A stretch of 64,000 nt of DNA from Gemmatimonadota bacterium. Its GTDB lineage: Bacteria; Gemmatimonadota; Gemmatimonadetes; Palauibacterales; Palauibacteraceae. The notes beneath the pieces are model-generated. The model made no database searches, was not told the DNA's origin, and saw nothing but the letters and a program-made list of their open reading frames with translations. The number at the start of each line of letters is the position of its first letter. Within the stretch, counting starts at the first letter, position 1. Shown here piece after piece: positions 58,082 through 64,000 of the stretch. Location of the stretch: positions 4,035-68,034 of the forward strand of contig JBDHGL010000003.1 of NCBI GenBank assembly GCA_039589875.1, written 5' to 3'. A program made the position numbers and the translations under genes.

Positions 58082-60408
58082 GCGAGCCGCTCCGCTTTGA
58101 GGTCATCGATCTCGATTACGGTTGTCATCACGGACGCTTTCGGGTCGCGGGCAAGGCGGGTCCGACGGTCATCGTCGGCTCCAACGGCTCGGGCAAATCG
58201 ACTCTTGTCGAGGCCATTGTCCGCACGCTTTTCGGCTTCAACCGACAGAAGCCTGATGCCCGCCGCCAGCAGGAGCAAAGGCGCCCCTGGAAGGGTGGAA
58301 GGTTCAGGGCCGGCCTCATGATTCGGGACCGAGAGGGCTCGATCTCCTTCGAACGTGACTTCGATAGCAACGAAGTCATCGTCGTACGGCCGGCTTCCGG
58401 GGAGGAGCTGTATCGTGGCGAAGCCAACCCGGCGGCGCACGCGAGCGGAGATCAGCGCCGCTTCCGGGAGCTGCTCGCAGGGCTAATCGGGCTGGTCGAC
58501 CTGGCTGGTTACGAACGCACCGCGTGCATAGGGCAGGGCCACATGCTCGAGACGCGCCTCGCCGAGGATCTGCTGAAGATAGCGGCTGGAGGGCACTCGG
58601 ATATCGAGGCGGCAAGGGGCGCGGTTTCGGATCGATACCGTGAGCTGACTCTCGCGCCTATCGGGCGCAGCGAGAGAAGACGGCGGAAGCCCGGCAGGTT
58701 GGAAGAGCTGGAGGCCGACGTCGAGCGGCTGGAAGCGGAGCTTCGGGTAGTCCGTCAGGCTGAAACGGAACGTGCGCCGCTCGTGCAGGAGCTCCGGGAG
58801 CTCGAATCCGATCTGGCCGAATCCCGTTCCGACGTTCAGCGTCTCGAGGAGGAGCGAGATGCGCTATCGAGGCTCCGCATGCTGGAGGAGCGAGCCGACG
58901 CTTCCGGCGAGCGAATTCGGCGCCTTGAGGGCGCGCAGCAGGACCTGCGTGAGGCGATCTGGAAGGCGCAGCAGGCCGGTACGCGAATCGAAGGACTGCC
59001 TGGCCGGGATGTGTATCCGGAAGACTATCTGGAAAGACTCGCGGCGCTAGAAGAGGGTCTTTGGCCGCAGCTGCAGGCGCTAGAGCGACGGCGTGAGGCC
59101 GGCGCGACCGAGGACCGAGACGGGGGTGAGACGGCGATCGGTGCCGGCGGACTCCTCGAGATCGCTTTGGGCGCAGCCCTGCTTGGCGTCGGTGGGCTCG
59201 CGAGCGGTCTGGGGTGGGGTGGCTCGCCGGCCCCCGGGCTGATTGGCGCAATCGCCGGACTCGTCCTGATCTGGCTCGGAACCCGCCGCCGCCGCGAGCG
59301 GCGCTCGGGCGTGCGGGATGCGGCGGTCGAGCTTGGTCGCGTCGAATCGGATCTGGAGTCCCTGCGTGCTCGCGTCTCGGCGAAGCTGGACGGGCTTCCG
59401 GATCGGGAGGCCGTCTCACCCGCGACGCTCACGGAACGGCGCAGCCTGTTCGCCGAGTGGCGATCCGCATGGGATGCCGTGGAGCAGAGCGAGCGCAGAC
59501 TGGGTGACGCCCGGAAACGGGCGGAACGGGCGCTCGATGGAGGCCCTCGCGATGCCGCTGCCGAGGGATCCGGAGCGTCGCCTGTGGAGCGCGCCGGCGA
59601 AGTGCTGACAGCGCTGGAGGATGCCGTGTCTTCGGAGCGTAGCGATGTGTTAGCCCCGACGCGGCTGGCGGTCGATCGCGAGCGAGCCGCCGCCGACGGC
59701 CTTCCGGAGGATGTGGGCGCTTCGTTCCTGAAGGTCGACGAGAGGCTGAAGAGTGGCAGGGCTGCGCTCGCTGCCCAGCAGGATAGGGAGCGTGAGCTAC
59801 AGCACCGGCTGAGCGCGCTGCCGAAGCCGGCGGAGAGCTCGTTGGCCCTGGATGAGCGCCGCGAAGCTCTGTCGAAGCGGGTCGACGAAGCGCGCGCCGA
59901 GGCGGGTGCCTACAGGGAGGCGCACCGGCTTCTCGTGGACGCCTATGAGGAATTCCGGGAGACCGATCAGGAGCGTCTGGTGGAGCACGTGGACCGTCAT
60001 CTGTCGGCGCTCGGAGACGGGAAGATTGGACCTCTATCGGTGCCGGACAACCTGGAGTCGGCCCGCCTTATGTACAGGGGTCGCCCGCTGCAGCTCGCCT
60101 CGCCCCCGTTGAGCTATGGAGAGCTGCACACTGCCCTGTTCGGCGTCCGCCTCGGCGCAGCCGACTTCCTCGCCGGCATCGGGGTGCGACTTCCCCTCCT
60201 CGTCGACGATCCGTTCGTTCACCTGGACGCCGACCACGCGGCCGAGACCTGGGAAGCCCTGAGGGCGGTGGCGCGAGATCGACAGGTGCTGGTGACGACG
60301 CAGGATCGCCTCATGCTCCAGTACCTCGGCGTACGCGCCGATCTGGACCTGGACGGATCTGATCTACCTGCCTCGGCTCAGATGGAGCTGCCGGTCACCG
60401 GGCTGTGA
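58078..60408 (+). CDS. Rad50/SMC-like ATPase with central transmembrane hairpin (YhaN/SbcE-like)
   Basis: GSNGSGKST, Q-loop IGQG, coiled coils, LSYGE signature, LLVDDPFVHLD. TTG start overlaps the nuclease stop. Confidence 0.85.
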   Translation: MSEPLRFEVIDLDYGCHHGRFRVAGKAGPTVIVGSNGSGKSTLVEAIVRTLFGFNRQKPDARRQQEQRRPWKGGRFRAGLMIRDREGSISFERDFDSNEVIVVRPASGEELYRGEANPAAHASGDQRRFRELLAGLIGLVDLAGYERTACIGQGHMLETRLAEDLLKIAAGGHSDIEAARGAVSDRYRELTLAPIGRSERRRRKPGRLEELEADVERLEAELRVVRQAETERAPLVQELRELESDLAESRSDVQRLEEERDALSRLRMLEERADASGERIRRLEGAQQDLREAIWKAQQAGTRIEGLPGRDVYPEDYLERLAALEEGLWPQLQALERRREAGATEDRDGGETAIGAGGLLEIALGAALLGVGGLASGLGWGGSPAPGLIGAIAGLVLIWLGTRRRRERRSGVRDAAVELGRVESDLESLRARVSAKLDGLPDREAVSPATLTERRSLFAEWRSAWDAVEQSERRLGDARKRAERALDGGPRDAAAEGSGASPVERAGEVLTALEDAVSSERSDVLAPTRLAVDRERAAADGLPEDVGASFLKVDERLKSGRAALAAQQDRERELQHRLSALPKPAESSLALDERREALSKRVDEARAEAGAYREAHRLLVDAYEEFRETDQERLVEHVDRHLSALGDGKIGPLSVPDNLESARLMYRGRPLQLASPPLSYGELHTALFGVRLGAADFLAGIGVRLPLLVDDPFVHLDADHAAETWEALRAVARDRQVLVTTQDRLMLQYLGVRADLDLDGSDLPASAQMELPVTGL

Positions 60409-61549
60409 GAAAGGGCTCGATGCGGGGCCAGTCCGTCTCCGCGTCCCGCTCGCCCAACTCGATGAGCCTAGAGATGTAGGCGCTCTCGAACATCAGATAG
60501 CTCACGAAATCGGGGCTCTCGGTCCAACTGGCACCGAGGCCATCCAGCAGGAAGCGGACAAACCTCGGGAGCTGATCACGGTACTCAGCGGCCAGGCGTC
60601 CCAGGTCTTTCGAAGGTCGAATCACGCAGAGATCGACCCGGTGCAGGCCAGCTGGCTTGCTCGAGTCGTCCGGAATCTTGTCCAACAGTGCGTTGATTCT
60701 CTCGAGCCTCGCCGCGTCGTCGTCCAGCGTGTCAAGGAAGATCGAGTTCAGAAGAAGGCCCGCGACGCGGGCCGGAGGAGGATAACGGTCGGTCGTTATG
60801 ACGGATGCCTCGGCTGCCGTTCGGGGGTAGCGGGTCGAGATGGCGAGGAGCCGCGTGGCGCCGAGGTGTACCGCGGGCGCAAGCGGGGTCCTCTGGCGGA
60901 TGCTTCCGTCTCCGAAGTAATCGCCTGTCAAGCGTATCGCCGGGAAGAGAATCGGAAGTGCGGACGAAGCCATCACGTGGTCCACCGAGAGCTGCGCCTC
61001 CACGGCCAGTCGGTTCGGCCGCTCCCAGGGCAGCGTCTCCGGCGTTCCCTGCACGAAGGTAACCGTGCGGCCAGAGGCGTAGGAGGTCGCCGAGACGGCC
61101 GTAGCCAGCAGACGGCCGCTTCCGATGTTCCGCTCGATGCCCGAGAAATCCAGAGAGGCTTCGAGGAAGCGCCGGAGCGGCGTCGTGTCCAGCAGACCGC
61201 GAGCCTCGGGCCCTCGCCTCGATCCTCCGGAAACCAGCCGATAGGCCCAGCGGGCTCCGATCGAGCCGAGCGAGGCCGGATCCGCGCGAAACACCTGCTC
61301 CGTCGTGAGCGAGCACCATCTCCGTTTGAGGGCATGTGCGGCCTCGTCGAGGGGCCCTTCGGCCGCGGCGAGGAACGCGGCGTTGATCGCGCCGGCCGAC
61401 ACGCCGGTGACCACCGGAATGGAGAGGGTGGGGAGCCGCTCGCAGATGTAGGAGAGGACGCCGGTCTGGTAGGCGGCCCGAGCTCCGCCTCCCGAGAACA
61501 CGAACCCCAGCGGCGAGACCGCCGCATCGCCGCTGGCGTCGTTCGTCAG
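60395..61549 (-). CDS. Patatin-like phospholipase
   Basis: SGGGARAAYQ, GVSAG, MASSALP, DGS. Probable CTG start at 61549 (the track uses GTG 61501). Confidence 0.9.
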   Translation of the reverse strand: MTNDASGDAAVSPLGFVFSGGGARAAYQTGVLSYICERLPTLSIPVVTGVSAGAINAAFLAAAEGPLDEAAHALKRRWCSLTTEQVFRADPASLGSIGARWAYRLVSGGSRRGPEARGLLDTTPLRRFLEASLDFSGIERNIGSGRLLATAVSATSYASGRTVTFVQGTPETLPWERPNRLAVEAQLSVDHVMASSALPILFPAIRLTGDYFGDGSIRQRTPLAPAVHLGATRLLAISTRYPRTAAEASVITTDRYPPPARVAGLLLNSIFLDTLDDDAARLERINALLDKIPDDSSKPAGLHRVDLCVIRPSKDLGRLAAEYRDQLPRFVRFLLDGLGASWTESPDFVSYLMFESAYISRLIELGERDAETDWPRIEPFLTAR

Positions 61550-62067
61550 CTGATACCCGGCGGAAGAAGTCGAGCGTGCCAGCTGTCTTGTGCGGGCAAC
61601 TCCCAGCGCCCGGCGCGCAGCTCTCCGAGGCGCTGCACGGTCAGATCGAATACCGGTGTCCCGCCGTTCACCTCGCCGCCTTCCGCCAAGGTCCGGAACT
61701 CCGCACGCCCGACGCTCCGAATCCCCCTGCCATCACGGAACCAGATCGGGGATGCGTCCACCAGGGTCAGATCGAGCTCCCGTTCCAGCTCTCGCACATG
61801 GCCGACGAGAGCATCGATCGAACAGCCAGATGCGGCTGCCTCACGTTCGTCGACCGCGATGAGGAGGAAGCGATCATGCCGCAGCTCGAACGCCGCGGCC
61901 AAAGCTTCACCGTGCGCCGCCCACTTCTCGATGAAGCGGCCGGTCGCCTCGATCAGACGGTCGTGCTCCTCAGCGGCCAGCGGGCGGTCCGCTCCGAACG
62001 TCCATAGGCGCGCGCGGTCCGGAAGGCCCGTAAGTGTCGGTCGATCCGCCGGCGTCCGGTCTACCAA
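61546..62067 (-). CDS. Conserved hypothetical protein with W.AHG and SGCSID motifs
   Basis: LPDRARLW.F.ADR.L..F..WAAHG..VDE..ASGCSID..VFD.TV. Resembles an uncharacterised Bacteroidota-type family, from memory. Confidence 0.7.
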   Translation of the reverse strand: MVDRTPADRPTLTGLPDRARLWTFGADRPLAAEEHDRLIEATGRFIEKWAAHGEALAAAFELRHDRFLLIAVDEREAAASGCSIDALVGHVRELERELDLTLVDASPIWFRDGRGIRSVGRAEFRTLAEGGEVNGGTPVFDLTVQRLGELRAGRWELPAQDSWHARLLPPGIS

Positions 62068-62071
62068 AGGC

Positions 62072-63283
62072 CTACTCGTACCTCAGGGCGACGATCGGAT
62101 CCAGCTTCGCTGCACGACGGGCCGGCCATATGCCGAAGAAGAGGCCGACGGACGCCGAGAACAGAACGGCGAGCAGAACGGCGTTCGGCGAGACCGCGGT
62201 GTTCCAGTTGGCAAGGCTGGCCAGCAGACTGGAGCCGGTCACTCCGACCACGATGCCGAGGAGTCCGCCGACGAGGCAGAGCACCAGCGCCTCGAGGAGG
62301 AACTGCATCAGGACGTTGCGGCGTGTCGCCCCCATCGCCTTGCGGACGCCGATCTCGCGCGTCCGCTCGGTTACGGAGACGAGCATGATGTTCATGATCC
62401 CGATGCCTCCCACCAGCAAGCTCACGGCGGCGATACCCGCTAGCAGAAAGGAGAAGGTCCGGGTCGTCTCCTCCCGCGTACTCATGAGCTCGGCGCGGTC
62501 CTGGATCCAGAAATCGTTCTCGTCCCCCACGCGCAGCCGGTGTTGCCGGCGCACAACCCCTTCGATCTGGCCCATCGCGACGGCCATGGACGTGCCGTCC
62601 GCGACCTCGACGTTGAAAGAGGAGAGTCGGTCGGTGCCCATCAGGCGGAAACGAGCCGTTTCGAGCGGCACGTAGACCTGCTCATCGTAGTTGAAGAAGC
62701 TGAAGCTACCCTTCTCCTCCAGCACGCCGACGACCTCGAACGTGATGTTGCGGATCCGGATCCGCTGACCTACAAGCTGTTGCGGAGTGGTGCCCAACGT
62801 CGCGGGGATCGCTCCACCCAGCACCGCTAGCCGGCGACGTCCTTCGTTCTCCTGGTCGTCGAAGAACCGGCCCAGCGCGACCGCGTATCCGTTGATCTCC
62901 GCGTACTGAGGGCTAGTACCGACGACGCGCAAGTTCGCGTTAGTGTTGCCGGATTCGACCTGAAGGTTGGCGCGCATCTCCGGCGCGACGCCGATCACGG
63001 ATGCCGCACCCGTTAGCACCGCCTCGGCGTCTTCCGGCGTCAACTCCGTGGTGGCTCCGGAACGGACGCCATGAAACCAAAGTTGGCCCGGTCTCACGGT
63101 AAGGACGTTCGCTCCGAGGTTGGAGATCTGGTCTTGCACCGCTCGCTGGGCTCCCTCACCCAGCGCGACCATGGCAATGACGGCAGAGACGCCGATCACG
63201 ATACCGAGCATCGTGAGCAAGGAGCGGAGCTTGTGGGCGCGTATCGCCTCCAGCGCCACCCGCATCGTCTCGAGAAGAAGCAT
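62072..63283 (-). CDS. MacB/FtsX-like ABC permease
   Basis: KLRSLLTMLGIVIG, VGGIGIMNIMLVSVTERTREIG, PARRAAKLDPI.ALRYE. Confidence 0.95.
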   Translation of the reverse strand: MLLLETMRVALEAIRAHKLRSLLTMLGIVIGVSAVIAMVALGEGAQRAVQDQISNLGANVLTVRPGQLWFHGVRSGATTELTPEDAEAVLTGAASVIGVAPEMRANLQVESGNTNANLRVVGTSPQYAEINGYAVALGRFFDDQENEGRRRLAVLGGAIPATLGTTPQQLVGQRIRIRNITFEVVGVLEEKGSFSFFNYDEQVYVPLETARFRLMGTDRLSSFNVEVADGTSMAVAMGQIEGVVRRQHRLRVGDENDFWIQDRAELMSTREETTRTFSFLLAGIAAVSLLVGGIGIMNIMLVSVTERTREIGVRKAMGATRRNVLMQFLLEALVLCLVGGLLGIVVGVTGSSLLASLANWNTAVSPNAVLLAVLFSASVGLFFGIWPARRAAKLDPIVALRYE

Positions 63284-63310
63284 TCGGCGGTCCTTCTGTG
63301 GTGGCTGTCG

Positions 63311-64000
63311 TTAGTTCCGCTGGACGCCCGGGACGCCGGAGCGTGAGCGAATTCTTTCCAGCAGCTCCTGCTGTTGGACCAGTGAGAGCGGAACCTCGAG
63401 AACTGCGTCTCCCTCCCGGAGGCCGGCCAGGACCTCGGTGTAGTCCCAGCTGCTCAGGCCGATCGTCAGCGGCTTGAGGGTCAGAACGCCGGCATCTTCC
63501 TCGACGAACGCGAAGGCCGGACGCGGCCGCGTCGGATCGGCCCGGTCGGCGTGCTCCTGCTGCTCCCGCGCGGCCCGCATCAACTGAAAGAGCCGTTGGC
63601 GCTCTCCAGGGTCCAGGTTTTGGAAGTAGCTCCGGCGTTCCTCCTGCGACATCGACCGCAGCTGCTCCAACACCGCATCGTCGCTTGCCGGCTCATCGCC
63701 GGGCTCATCGCCCTCTGTGGGCTCCTCGCTCGCTACCTCGACCCTCTGCTCGAGGAGAGTCGGGTCGAGGCCCAACGCCTGCACGAGCTGACGGGCTTCG
63801 TCGGGCGTTTTCACGGCGGCATTCCTCAGCGTGAGCGCCGCCTCGCGACGGCCGATGACGATCTCGACATCGGAGTTCATGCCCGGCCGAAGCAGGTCTT
63901 GCTCGTTCACGATCCGGGTCAGCACCGCGAACATCGTCACGCCCTGATCGACCACGGCCTGCGGCTCCACCTTCAACACCGTTCCCCGGAACGTTCGATC
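63311..64000 (-). CDS. MacA-like periplasmic adaptor subunit (5' end outside the window)
   Basis: F.GTVLKVEPQA, LLRPGMN, GLS...TEV..GL.EGD.V. Directly upstream of the MacB-like permease. Confidence 0.85.
   Translation of the reverse strand, partial: DRTFRGTVLKVEPQAVVDQGVTMFAVLTRIVNEQDLLRPGMNSDVEIVIGRREAALTLRNAAVKTPDEARQLVQALGLDPTLLEQRVEVASEEPTEGDEPGDEPASDDAVLEQLRSMSQEERRSYFQNLDPGERQRLFQLMRAAREQQEHADRADPTRPRPAFAFVEEDAGVLTLKPLTIGLSSWDYTEVLAGLREGDAVLEVPLSLVQQQELLERIRSRSGVPGVQRN

Noticed and set aside
60395-61549. CBASS CapV-type effector
   Set aside because: No CD-NTase or cap genes adjacent; looks like an ordinary patatin.
60641-62443. 600-aa plus-strand ORF
   Set aside because: Antisense to patatin, the SGCSID protein and MacB; low-complexity Arg/Ser composition.
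1-64000. tRNA/rRNA, CRISPR array, IS, integrase or prophage
   Set aside because: No cloverleaf, repeat-spacer pattern, transposase, integrase or phage gene recognised by eye. tRNAscan-SE and Infernal were not run.

Overview
GC-rich bacterial chromosomal window made up almost entirely of housekeeping, envelope and signalling genes. I found no rRNA, tRNA, CRISPR array or mobile element. PorX-like, GldA/F/G-like and other FCB-type genes in a high-GC background suggest Gemmatimonadota, but this is inference only. Main contents in order: a GldA plus fused GldF-GldG ABC system; a secreted zinc metalloprotease with a divergent wHTH regulator; tetR; a HAD hydrolase behind a broken Asp/Glu racemase; nudC; two paralogous, translationally coupled HEAT-repeat + HD-GYP modules; gmd and an epimerase converging on lptF-lptG-cysQ-cysC-sat; a PorX-like REC-PglZ gene; a thiolase/SPFH/hbd block; recF-dciA-gyrB-thyX; a GyrA/ParC paralog lacking the GyrA-box; a USP-USP-J-domain fusion; an M1 peptidase; rho; an MCE protein; an ssb to Mre11/Rad50-like run; patatin; MacAB-like genes. 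The strongest candidate for an undescribed system is the duplicated HEAT/HD-GYP pair. All four proteins begin with the same unannotated ~130-140 aa 'Y-P/G-x-x-H-P-A' domain, suggesting a cyclic-dinucleotide signalling module held together by homotypic domain pairing. All assignments come from motif reading by eye; no searches were run.
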